DNA of 64,000 nt, from contig OZ024742.1 of NCBI GenBank assembly GCA_964016885.1, positions 167,958,001 to 168,022,000 on the forward strand. Reading direction: 5' to 3'. Both the position numbers and the translations under genes were made by a program. This document shows, one piece after another, positions 51,601 through 64,000 of this stretch; position 1 is the first letter of the stretch, and every line of letters starts with the position of its first letter. The stretch comes from Eledone cirrhosa (taxonomy: Eukaryota). The notes under the pieces were generated by a model. It worked only from the letters and a program-made list of their open reading frames with translations. It was not told where the DNA came from and made no database searches.

Positions 51601-54600
51601 TAAAAAAACCGATTAAAAAAAATCCATTAAAAAAAACCATTTAAAAAATCCATTTAAAAAAATCCATTAAAAAAAACCCATTAAAAAAAATCCATTAAAA
51701 AAATCCATTTAAAAATTCCATTAAAAAAAATCCATTAAAAAAAATCCATAAAAAAATCCATTAAAAAAATCCATTAAAAAATCCATTAAAAAAAAATCCA
51801 TTAAAAATCCATTAAAAAAATCCATTTAAAAAATCCATTAAAAAATCCATTAAAAATCCATTAAAAATCCATTAAAAATCCATTAAAAAATCCATTAAAA
51901 AAACCCATTTAAAAAATCCATTAAAAAAATCCATTTAAAAAATCCATTAAAAAAAATCCATTTAAAAAAACCCATTAAAAAAAATCCATTAAAAAAATCC
52001 ATTTAAAAAATCCATTAAAAAAAATCCATTAAAAAAAATCCATAAAAAAAATCCATTAAAAAAAATCCATTATAAAAAAATCCGTTAAAAAAAATCCATT
52101 AAAAACTCAATCAAAAACCCAATTAAAAGGCCATAAAAGAAACATTAAAACAGCATTTAAAATACCATTAAAAACGCCATAAAAAATCATTAAAATTGTT
52201 TTTTATGAAATTTATAATATGGCTTTTAATGAACTTTTTAATGGGCTTTTAGAATCATTAAAATCCCATTAAAAATACATTAAAGGCCCATTAAAAACGC
52301 CATAAAAAATCCATTAAAAAAAATCCATTAAAAAAAAATTCAATCAAAAACCCATAAAAGAAACATTAAAACAGCATTTAAAAAACCCATTAAAAATTCA
52401 TTAAAAAAATCCATTTAAAAAATCCATTAAAAATCCATTAAAAATCCATTAAAAATCCATTAAAAATCCATTAAAAAAAAATCCATTAAAAAAATCCATT
52501 AAAAAATCCATTTAAAAAATCCATTAAAAAAAATCCATTAAAAAAAACTCAATGAAAAACCCATAAAAGAAACATTAAAACAGCATTTAAAAAATCCATT
52601 AAAAAAAATCCATTTAAAAAAATCCATTAAAAAAGCCATTAAAAATCCATTAAAAATCCATTAAAAATCCATTAAAAATCCATTAAAAATCCATTAAAAA
52701 TCCATTAAAAAATCCATCTAAAAAAATCCATTAAAAAAATCCATTAAAAAAATTCATTTAAAAAATCCATTAAAAAAATCCATTTAAAAAATCCATTAAA
52801 AAAAATCCATTAAAAAAAATCCATAAAAAAAATCCATTAAAAAAAATCCATTAAAAAAAATCCGTTAAAAAAAATCTATTAAAAATCCATTAAAAATCCA
52901 TTAAAAATCCATTAAAATTCCATTAAAAATCCATTAAAAATCCATTAAAAAATCCATTTAAAAAAATCCATTAAAAAAATCCATTAAAAAAATCCATTTA
53001 AAAAATCCATTAAAAAAAAATCCATTAAAAAAAAATCCATTAAAAAAAAATCCATTAAAAAAAATCCATTAAAAATCCATTAAAAAAATCCATTTAAAAA
53101 AATCCATTAAAAACCCATTAAAAATCCATTAAAAATCCATTAAAAAATCCATTTAAAAAACCCATTAAAAAAAATCCATTAAAAAAATCCATTTAAAAAA
53201 TCCATTTAAAAAATCCATTAAAAAAAATCCATTAAAAAAGTCCATTTAAAAAATCCATTAAAAAAATCCATTAAAAAAAATCCTTAAAAAAATCCATTAA
53301 AAAAATCCATTAAAAAAACCCATTAAAAAAATCCATTAAAAAAAATCCATTAAAAAAATCCATTTAAAAAATCCATTAAAAAAATCCATTAAAAAAATCC
53401 TTAAAATCCATTAAAAAATCCATTAAAAAAATCCATTAAAAATCCATTAAAAAAATCCATTTAAAAAAATCCATTAAAAATCCATTAAAAACCCATTAAT
53501 AATCCATTAAAAATCCATTAAAAATCCATTAAAAAATCCATTTAAAAAACCCATTAAAAAAATCCATAAAAAAAAATACACTAAAAAAATCCATTAAAAA
53601 AAATCCATTTAAAAAAACCCATTAAAAAAATCCATTAAAAATCCATTAAAAATCCATTAAAAATCCATTAAAAATCCATTAAAAATCCATTAAAAAATCC
53701 AATTAAAAAAATCCATTAAAAAAATCCATTAAAAAATCCATTTAAAAAATCCATTAAAAAAAATCCATTAAAAAAAATCCATTAAAAAAAAATCCATTAA
53801 AAAAAATCCATTAAAAAAAAAATCCGTTAAAAAAATCCATTAAAAACTCAATCAAAAACCCAATTAAAAGGCCATAAAAGAAACATTAAAACAGCATTTA
53901 AAATACCATTAAAAACGCCATAAAAATCATTAAAATTCTTTTTTATGAAATTTATAATATGGCTTTTAATGAACTTTTTAATGGGCTTTTAGAATCATTA
54001 AAATCCCATTAAAAATACATTAAAGGCCCATTAAAAACGCCATAAAAAATCCATTAAAAAAAATCCATTAAAAAAAAATTCAATCAAAAACCCATAAAAG
54101 AAACATTAAAACGGCATTTAAAAAACCCATTAAAAATTCATTAAAAAAATCCATTTAAAAAATCCATTAAAAATCCATTAAAAATCCATTAAAAATCCAT
54201 TAAAAATCCATTAAAAAAAAATCCATTAAAAAAATCCATTAAAAAATCCATTTAAAAAATCCATTAAAAAAAATCCATTAAAAAAAACTCAATCAAAAAC
54301 CCATAAAAGAAACATTAAAACATCATTTAAAAAATCCATTAAAAAAAATCCATTTAAAAAAATCCATTAAAAAAGCCATTAAAAATCCATTAAAAATCCA
54401 TTAAAAATCCATTAAAAATCCATTAAAAATCCATTAAAAATCCATTAAAAATCCATCTAAAAAAATCCATCTAAAAAAATCCATTAAAAAAATCCATTAA
54501 AAAAATTCATTTAAAAAATCCATAAAAAAAATCCATTTAAAAAATCCATTAAAAAAAATCCATTAAAAAAAAATCCATAAAAAAAATCCATTAAAAAAAA

Positions 54601-56000
54601 TCCATTAAAAAAAATCCGTTAAAAAAAATCTATTAAAAACCCATTAAAAATCCATTAAAAATCCATTAAAAATCCATTAAAAATCCATTAAAAATCCATT
54701 AAAAATCCATTAAAAAATCTATTTAAAAAAATCCATTAAAAAAATCCATTAAAAAAATCCATTTAAAAAATCCATTAAAAAAAATCCATTAAAAAAAAAT
54801 CCATTAAAAAAAAATCCATTAAAAAAAATCAATTTAAAAAAATCCATTAAAAATCCATTAAAAATCCGTTAAAAAATCCATTTAAAAAAATCCATTAAAA
54901 AATTCATTAAAAAAATCCATTTAAAAAATCCATTAAAAAAAATCCATTAAAAAAACTCAATCAAAAACCCATAAAAGAAACATTAAAACAGCATTTAAAA
55001 AATCCATTAAAAAAATCCATTTAAAAAAATCCATTAAAAAATCCATTAAAAAATCCATTAAAAATCCATTAAAAATCCATTAAAAATCCATTAAAAATCC
55101 ATTAAAAATCCATTAAAAATCCATTAAAAATCCATTAAAAAATCCAATTAAAAAAATCCATTAAAAAAATCCATTAAAAAATCCATTTAAAAAATCCATT
55201 AAAAAAAATCCATTAAAAAAAATCCATTAAAAAAAAATCCATTAAAAAAAATCCATTAAAAAAAAAATCCGTTAAAAAAATCCATTAAAAACTCAATCAA
55301 AAACCCAATTAAAAGGCCATAAAAGAAACATTAAAACAGCATTTAAAATACCATTAAAAACGCCATAAAAAATCATTAAAATTCTTTTTTATGAAATTTA
55401 TAATATGGCTTTTAATGAACTTTTTAATGGGCTTTTAGAATCATTAAAATCCCATTAAAAATACATTAAAGGCCCATTAAAAACGCCATAAAAAATCCAT
55501 TAAAAAAAATCCATTAAAAAAAAATTCAATCAAAAACCCATAAAAGAAACATTAAAACGGCATTTAAAAAACCCATTAAAAATTCATTAAAAAAATCCAT
55601 TTAAAAAATCCATTAAAAATCCATTAAAAATCCATTAAAAATCCATTAAAAATCCATTAAAAAAAAATCCATTAAAAAAATCCATTAAAAAATCCATTTA
55701 AAAAATCCATTAAAAAAAATCCATTAAAAAAAACTCAATCAAAAACCCATAAAAGAAACATTAAAACAGCATTTAAAAAATCCATTAAAAAAAATCCATT
55801 TAAAAAAATCCATTAAAAAAGCCATTAAAAATCCATTAAAAATCCATTAAAAATCCATTAAAAATCCATTAAAAATCCATTAAAAAAAATCCGTTAAAAA
55901 AAATCTATTAAAAATCCATTAAAAATCCATTAAAAATCCATTAAAAATCCATTAAAAATCCATTAAAAATCCATTAAAAAATCCATTTAAAAAAATCCAT
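45700..56000. repeat. ~6.1-kb-offset duplication in array 2 (~45.7-49.9 kb vs ~51.8-56.0 kb, boundaries approximate)
   Basis: Island markers 46087/52205 and 47827/53945 (offset 6118) and 49299/55391 (offset 6092), with the same G,C,C allele order; doubled TCCATCT near 48340 and 54455. Confidence 0.85.
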
Positions 56001-59000
56001 TAAAAAAATCCATTAAAAAAATCCATTTAAAAAATCCATTAAAAAAAATCCATTAAAAAAAAATCCATTAAAAAAAAAATCCATTAAAAAAAATCAATTT
56101 AAAAAAATCCATTAAAAATCCATTAAAAAAATCCATTTAAAAAAATCCATTAAAAACCCATTAAAAATCCATTAGAAATCCATTAAAAAATCCATTTAAA
56201 AAACCCATTAAAAAAAATCCATTAAAAAAATCCATTTAAAAAATCCATTAAAAAAATCCATTAAAAAAAATCCATTTAAAAAAATCCATTAAAAACCCAT
56301 TAAAAATCCATTAGAAATCCATTAAAAAATCCATTTAAAAAACCCATTAAAAAAAACCCATTAAAAAAATCCATAAAAAAAAATCCATTAAAAAAATCCA
56401 TTAAAAAAAATCCATTTAAAAAACCCATTAAAAAAATACATTAAAAAAATCCATTTAAAAAATCCATTAAAAAAATCCATTAAAAAAAAATCCATAAAAA
56501 AATCCATTAAAAAAAATCCATTAAAACTCAATCAAAAACCCAATTAAAAGGCCATAAAAGAAACATTAAAACAGCATTTAAAATACCATTAAAAACGCCA
56601 TAAAAAATCATTAAAATCCCATTAAAAATACATTAAAGGCCCATTAAAAACGCCATAAAAAATCCATTAAAAAAAACTCAATCAAAAACCCATAAAAGAA
56701 ACATTAAAACAGCATTTAAAAAACCCATTAAAAATTCATTAAAAAAATCCATTTAAAAAATCCATTAAAAATCCATTAAAATCCATTAAAAATCCATTAA
56801 AAATCCATTAAAAGTCCATTAAAAATTCATTAAAAAATCCATTTAAAAAAATCCATTAAAAAAATCCATTAAAAAATCCATTTAAAAAATCCATTAAAAA
56901 AAATCCATTAAAAAAAATCCATAAAAAAATCCATTAAAAAAATCCATTAAAAAATCCATTAAAAAAAAATCCATTAAAAATCCATTAAAAAAATCCATTT
57001 AAAAAATCCATTAAAAAATCCATTAAAAATCCATTAAAAATCCATTAAAAATCCATTAAAAAATCCATTAAAAAAACCCATTTAAAAAATCCATTAAAAA
57101 AATCCATTTAAAAAATCCATTAAAAAAAATCCATTTAAAAAAACCCATTAAAAAAAATCCATTAAAAAAATCCATTTAAAAAATCCAGTAAAAAAAATCC
57201 ATTAAAAAAAATCCATAAAAAAAATCCATTAAAAAAAATTCATTAAAAAAAAATCCGTTAAAAAAAATCCATTAAAAACTCAATCAAAAACCCAATTAAA
57301 AGGCCATAAAAGAAATATTAAAACAGCATTTAAAATACCATTAAAAACGCCATAAAAAATCATTAAAATTGTTTTTTATGAAATTTATAATATGGCTTTT
57401 AATGAACTTTTTAATGGGCTTTTAGAATCATTAAAATCCCATTAAAAATACATTAAAGGCCCATTAAAAACGCCATAAAAAATCCATTAAAAAAAATCCA
57501 TTAAAAAAAAACTCAATCAAAAACCCATAAAAGAAACATTAAAACAGCATTTAAAAAATCCATTAAAAAAAATCCATTTAAAAAAATCCATTAAAAAAGC
57601 CATTAAAAATCCATTAAAAATCCATTAAAAATCCATTAAAAATCCATTAAAAATCCATTAAAATCCATTAAAAATCCATTAAAAATCCATTAAAAAATCC
57701 ATCTAAAAAAATCCATTAAAAAAATCCATTAAAAAAATTCATTTAAAAAATCCATTAAAAAAATCCATTTAAAAAATCCATTAAAAAAAATCCATTAAAA
57801 AAAATCCATAAAAAAAATCCATTAAAAAAAATCCATTAAAAAAAATCCGTTAAAAAAAATCTATTAAAAATCCATTAAAAATCCATTAAAAATCCATTAA
57901 AATTCCATTAAAAATCCATTAAAAATCCATTAAAAAATCCATTTAAAAAAATCCATTAAAAAAATCCATTAAAAAAATCCATTAAAAACTCAATCAAAAA
58001 CCCAATTAAAAGGCCATAAAAGAAACATTAAAACAGCATTTAAAATACCATTAAAAACGCCATAAAAAATCATTAAAATTCTTTTTTATGAAATTTATAA
58101 TATGGCTTTTAATGAACTTTTTAATGGGCTTTTAGAATCATTAAAATCCCATTAAAAATACATTAAAGGCCCATTAAAAACGCCATAAAAAATCCATTAA
58201 AAAAAATCCATTAAAAAAAAATTCAATCAAAAACCCATAAAAGAAACATTAAAACGGCATTTAAAAAACCCATTAAAAATTCATTAAAAAAATCCATTTA
58301 AAAAATCCATTAAAAATCCATTAAAAATCCATTAAAAATCCATTAAAAATCCATTAAAAAAAATCCATTAAAAAAATCCATTAAAAAATCCATTTAAAAA
58401 ATCCATTAAAAAAAATCCATTAAAAAAATCCATTAAAAAAATCCATTAAAAAAAATCCATTAAAAAAAAATCCATAAAAAAAATCCATTAAAAAAAATCC
58501 ATTAAAAAAAATCCGTTAAAAAAAATCTATTAAAAACCCATTAAAAATCCATTAAAAATCCATTAAAAATCCATTAAAAATCCATTAAAAATCCATTAAA
58601 AAATCTATTTAAAAAAATCCATTAAAAAAATCCATTAAAAAAATCCATTTAAAAAATCCATTAAAAAAAATCCATTAAAAAAAAATCCATTAAAAAAAAA
58701 TCCATTAAAAAAAATCAATTTAAAAAAATCCATTAAAAATCCATTAAAAAATCCATTTAAAAAAATCCATTAAAAACCCATTAAAAATCCATTAGAAATC
58801 CATTAAAAAATCCATTTAAAAAACCCATTAAAAAAAACCCATTAAAAAAATCCATAAAAAAAAATCCATTAAAAAAATCCATTAAAAAAAATCCATTTAA
58901 AAAACCCATTAAAAAAATACATTAAAAAAATCCATTTAAAAAATCCATTAAAAAAATCCATTAAAAAAAAATCCATAAAAAAAATCCATTAAAAAAAATC

Positions 59001-62000
59001 CATTAAAACTCAATCAAAAACCCAATTAAAAGGCCATAAAAGAAACATTAAAACAGCATTTAAAATACCATTAAAAACGCCATAAAAAATCATTAAAATC
59101 CCATTAAAAATACATTAAAGGCCCATTAAAAACGCCATAAAAAATCCATTAAAAAAAACTAAATCAAAAACCCATAAAAGAAACATTAAAACAGCATTTA
59201 AAAAACCCATTAAAAATTCATTAAAAAAATCCATTTAAAAAATCCATTAAAAATCCATTAAAATCCATTAAAAATCCATTAAAAATCCATTAAAAGTCCA
59301 TTAAAAATTCATTAAAAAATCCATTTAAAAAAATCCATTAAAAAAATCCATTAAAAAATCCATTTAAAAAATCCATTAAAAAAAATCCATTAAAAAAAAT
59401 CCATAAAAAAATCCATTAAAAAAATCCATTAAAAAATCCATTAAAAAAAAATCCATTAAAAATCCATTAAAAAAATCCATTTAAAAAATCCATTAAAAAA
59501 TCCATTAAAAATCCATTAAAAATCCATTAAAAATCCATTAAAAAATCCATTAAAAAAACCCATTTAAAAAATCCATTAAAAAAATCCATTTAAAAAATCC
59601 ATTAAAAAAAATCCATTTAAAAAAACCCATTAAAAAAAATCCATTAAAAAAATCCATTTAAAAAATCCAGTAAAAAAAATCCATTAAAAAAAATCCATAA
59701 AAAAAATCCATTAAAAAAAATTCATTAAAAAAAAATCCGTTAAAAAAAATCCATTAAAAACTCAATCAAAAACCCAATTAAAAGGCCATAAAAGAAATAT
59801 TAAAACAGCATTTAAAATACCATTAAAAACGCCATAAAAAATCATTAAACTTGTTTTTTATGAAATTTATAATATGGCTTTTAATGAACTTTTTAATGGG
59901 CTTTTAGAATCATTAAAATCCCATTAAAAATACATTAAAGGCCCATTAAAAACGCCATAAAAAATCCATTAAAAAAAATCCATTAAAAAAAAACTCAATC
60001 AAAAACCCATAAAAGAAACATTAAAACAGCATTTAAAAAATCCATTAAAAAAAATCCATTTAAAAAAATCCATTAAAAAAGCCATTAAAAATCCATTAAA
60101 AATCCATTAAAAATCCATTAAAAATCCATTAAAAATCCATTAAAATCCATTAAAAATCCATTAAAAATCCATTAAAAAATCCATCTAAAAAAATCCATTA
60201 AAAAAATCCATTAAAAAAATTCATTTAAAAAATCCATTAAAAAAATCCATTTAAAAAATCCATTAAAAAAAATCCATTAAAAAAAATCCATAAAAAAAAT
60301 CCATTAAAAAAAATCCATTAAAAAAAATCCGTTAAAAAAAATCTATTAAAAATCCATTAAAAATCCATTAAAAATCCATTAAAATTCCATTAAAAATCCA
60401 TTAAAAATCCATTAAAAAATCCATTTAAAAAAATCCATTAAAAAAATCCATTAAAAAAATCCATTTAAAAAATCCATTAAAAAAAAATCCATTAAAAAAA
60501 AATCCATTAAAAAAAAATCCATTAAAAAAAATCCATTAAAAATCCATTAAAAAAATCCATTTAAAAAAATCCATTAAAAACCCATTAAAAATCCATTAAA
60601 AATCCATTAAAAAATCCATTTAAAAAACCCATTAAAAAAAATCCATTAAAAAAATCCATTTAAAAAATCCATTAAAAAAATCCATTAAAAAAAATCCATT
60701 AAAAAAGTCCATTTAAAAAATCCATTAAAAAAATCCATTAAAAAAAATCCTTAAAAAAATCCATTAAAAAAATCCATTAAAAAAATCCATTAAAAAAATC
60801 CATTAAAAAAAATCCATTAAAAAAATCCATTTAAAAAATCCATTAAAAAAATCCATTAAAAAAATCCTTAAAATCCATTAAAAAAATCCATTAAAAAAAT
60901 CCATTAAAAAAATCCATTAAAAATCCATTAAAAAAATCCATTTAAAAAAATCCATTAAAAATCCATTAAAAACCCATTAATAATCCATTAAAAATCCATT
61001 AAAAATCCATTAAAAAATCCATTTAAAAAACCCATTAAAAAAATCCATAAAAAAAAATCCACTAAAAAAATCCATTAAAAAAAATCCATTTAAAAAAACC
61101 CATTAAAAAAATCCATTAAAAATCCATTAAAAATCCATTAAAAATCCATTAAAAATCCATTAAAAATCCATTAAAAAATCCAATTAAAAAAATCCATTAA
61201 AAAAATCCATTAAAAAATCCATTTAAAAAATCCATTAAAAAAAATCCATTAAAAAAAATCCATTAAAAAAAAATCCATTAAAAAAAATCAATTTAAAAAA
61301 ATCCATTAAAAATCCATTAAAAAAATCCATTTAAAAAAATCCATTAAAAACCCATTAAAAATCCATTAAAAATCCATTAAAAATCCATTTAAAAAACCCA
61401 TTAAAAAAATCCATTAAAAAAAACCCATTAAAAAAAATCCATTAAAAAAATCCATTTAAAAAATCCATTAAAAAAAATCCATTAAAAACCCATTAAAAAT
61501 CCATTAAAAATCCATTAAAAATCCATTAAAAAATCCAATAAAAAAAAATTCAATCAAAAATCCATAAAAGAAACATTAAAACAGCATTTAAAAAACCCAT
61601 TAAAAATTCATTAAAAAAATCCATTTAAAAAATCCATTAAAAATCCATTAAAAATCCATTAAAAATCCATTAAAAATGCATTAAAAATCCATTAAAAATC
61701 CATTTAAAAAAATCCATTAAAAAAATCCATTAAAAAATCCATTTAAAAAATCCATCAAAAAAAATCCATTAAAAAAAACTCAATCAAAAACCCATAAAAG
61801 AAACATTAAAACAGCATTTAAAAAATCCATTTAAAAAAATCCATTAAAAATCCATTAAAAATCCATTAAAAATCCATTAAAAACCCATTAAAAATCCATT
61901 AAAAATCCATTAAAAAATCCATTTAAAAAAACCGATTAAAAAAAATCCATTAAAAAAAACCATTTAAAAAATCCATTTAAAAAAATCCATTAAAAAAAAC

Positions 62001-64000
62001 CCATTAAAAAAAATCCATTAAAAAAATCCATTTAAAAATTCCATTAAAAAAAATCCATTAAAAAAAATCCATAAAAAAATCCATTAAAAAAATCCATTAA
62101 AAAATCCATTAAAAAAAAATCCATTAAAAATCCATTAAAAAAATCCATTTAAAAAATCCATTAAAAAATCCATTAAAAATCCATTAAAAATCCATTAAAA
62201 ATCCATTAAAAAATCCATTAAAAAAACCCATTTAAAAAATCCATTAAAAAAATCCATTTAAAAAATCCATTAAAAAAAATCCATTTAAAAAAACCCATTA
62301 AAAAAAATCCATTAAAAAAATCCATTTAAAAAATCCATTAAAAAAAATCCATTAAAAAAAATCCATAAAAAAAATCCATTAAAAAAAATCCATTATAAAA
62401 AAATCCGTTAAAAAAAATCCATTAAAAACTCAATCAAAAACCCAATTAAAAGGCCATAAAAGAAACATTAAAACAGCATTTAAAATACCATTAAAAACGC
62501 CATAAAAAATCATTAAAATTGTTTTTTATGAAATTTATAATATGGCTTTTAATGAACTTTTTAATGGGCTTTTAGAATCATTAAAATCCCATTAAAAATA
62601 CATTAAAGGCCCATTAAAAACGCCATAAAAAATCCATTAAAAAAAATCCATTAAAAAAAAATTCAATCAAAAACCCATAAAAGAAACATTAAAACAGCAT
62701 TTAAAAAACCCATTAAAAATTCATTAAAAAAATCCATTTAAAAAATCCATTAAAAATCCATTAAAAATCCATTAAAAATCCATTAAAAATCCATTAAAAA
62801 AAAATCCATTAAAAAAATCCATTAAAAAATCCATTTAAAAAATCCATTAAAAAAAATCCATTAAAAAAAACTCAATGAAAAACCCATAAAAGAAACATTA
62901 AAACAGCATTTAAAAAATCCATTAAAAAAAATCCATTTAAAAAAATCCATTAAAAAAGCCATTAAAAATCCATTAAAAATCCATTAAAAATCCATTAAAA
63001 ATCCATTAAAAATCCATTAAAAATCCATTAAAAAATCCATCTAAAAAAATCCATTAAAAAAATCCATTAAAAAAATTCATTTAAAAAATCCATTAAAAAA
63101 ATCCATTTAAAAAATCCATTAAAAAAAATCCATTAAAAAAAATCCATAAAAAAAATCCATTAAAAAAAATCCATTAAAAAAAATCCGTTAAAAAAAATCT
63201 ATTAAAAATCCATTAAAAATCCATTAAAAATCCATTAAAATTCCATTAAAAATCCATTAAAAATCCATTAAAAAATCCATTTAAAAAAATCCATTAAAAA
63301 AATCCATTAAAAAAATCCATTTAAAAAATCCATTAAAAAAAAATCCATTAAAAAAAAATCCATTAAAAAAAAATCCATTAAAAAAAATCCATTAAAAATC
63401 CATTAAAAAAATCCATTTAAAAAAATCCATTAAAAACCCATTAAAAATCCATTAAAAATCCATTAAAAAATCCATTTAAAAAACCCATTAAAAAAAATCC
63501 ATTAAAAAAATCCATTTAAAAAATCCATTTAAAAAATCCATTAAAAAAAATCCATTAAAAAAGTCCATTTAAAAAATCCATTAAAAAAATCCATTAAAAA
63601 AAATCCTTAAAAAAATCCATTAAAAAAATCCATTAAAAAAACCCATTAAAAAAATCCATTAAAAAAAATCCATTAAAAAAATCCATTTAAAAAATCCATT
63701 AAAAAAATCCATTAAAAAAATCCTTAAAATCCATTAAAAAATCCATTAAAAAAATCCATTAAAAATCCATTAAAAAAATCCATTTAAAAAAATCCATTAA
63801 AAATCCATTAAAAACCCATTAATAATCCATTAAAAATCCATTAAAAATCCATTAAAAAATCCATTTAAAAAACCCATTAAAAAAATCCATAAAAAAAAAT
63901 ACACTAAAAAAATCCATTAAAAAAAATCCATTTAAAAAAACCCATTAAAAAAATCCATTAAAAATCCATTAAAAATCCATTAAAAATCCATTAAAAATCC
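50960..64000. repeat. 10,323-bp-offset duplication in array 2 (~50960-53677 vs ~61280-64000)
   Basis: Private variants at a constant offset: AAATGCATT 51351/61674, CCGATT 51609/61932, island 52205/62528, CTCAATG 52548/62871, ATACACT 53576/63899. Confidence 0.9.
56270..60450. repeat. 2,482-bp-offset duplication in array 2 (~56270-57980 vs ~58750-60450)
   Basis: Short cassette 56527/59009, TCCAGT 57184/59666 and full island 57378/59860, all at offset 2482. Confidence 0.88.

Larger units (their letters stand above)
31131..64000. repeat. TCCATT(A)n tandem satellite array, modal monomer TCCATTAAAAA (11 bp), A-run about 4-10; open at the right window edge
   Basis: Runs of pure 11-mers alternate with 12-16-bp units and variants TCCATTT, CCCATT, TCCGTT, TCCATA, TCTATT; same G-poor + strand polarity as array 1. 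Confidence 0.98.

Noticed and set aside
32042-62630. CRISPR-like reading: conserved cassettes as repeats separated by variable spacers
   Set aside because: The units are ~199 bp, the intervals are 0.5-2.9 kb of the same satellite rather than unique 25-45-bp spacers, and there are no cas genes or leader.
31131-64000. Minus-strand 11-mer reads ATG GAT TTT TAA with TAATG stop-start overlap (tandem M-D-F mini-ORFs)
   Set aside because: This is an automatic consequence of the monomer sequence. A-run length variation breaks it constantly, and there is no ribosome-binding or promoter context.
31131-64000. Similarity of TCCATT/ATTCC to human satellite 2/3 (CATTC)n
   Set aside because: Only a 5-6-bp match; there is no 5-bp periodicity and the long A-tracts are foreign to those satellites.

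Overview
The whole 64-kb window is non-coding, extremely AT-rich tandem satellite DNA, with G almost absent from the + strand. It looks like eukaryotic heterochromatin or (peri)centromeric/subtelomeric sequence, but the organism cannot be assigned from sequence alone. Two arrays meet at an abrupt junction at 31130/31131. Array 1 (1-31130) is a 9-bp satellite, AAAATT+CCT/CAT and variant triplets, with nested higher-order duplications (about 1.3, 2.0, 6.8-7.2 and 11.1 kb). Array 2 (31131-64000) is a TCCATT(A)n satellite with a modal 11-bp unit. It is punctuated by a conserved ~199-bp cassette: 19 full copies carry a 56-bp strand-inverted island between 12-bp direct repeats, and 5 copies lack the island precisely. 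All listed ORFs are artefacts of the 9-bp period, and I see no genes, RNA genes, CRISPR arrays or recognisable transposons. The strongest signals are the inverted, hairpin-forming island with filled and empty sites, and a recurring tendency of rare variants in array 1 to create or extend perfect dyad symmetries. All positions and counts were read by eye and may be off by a few bases or copies.
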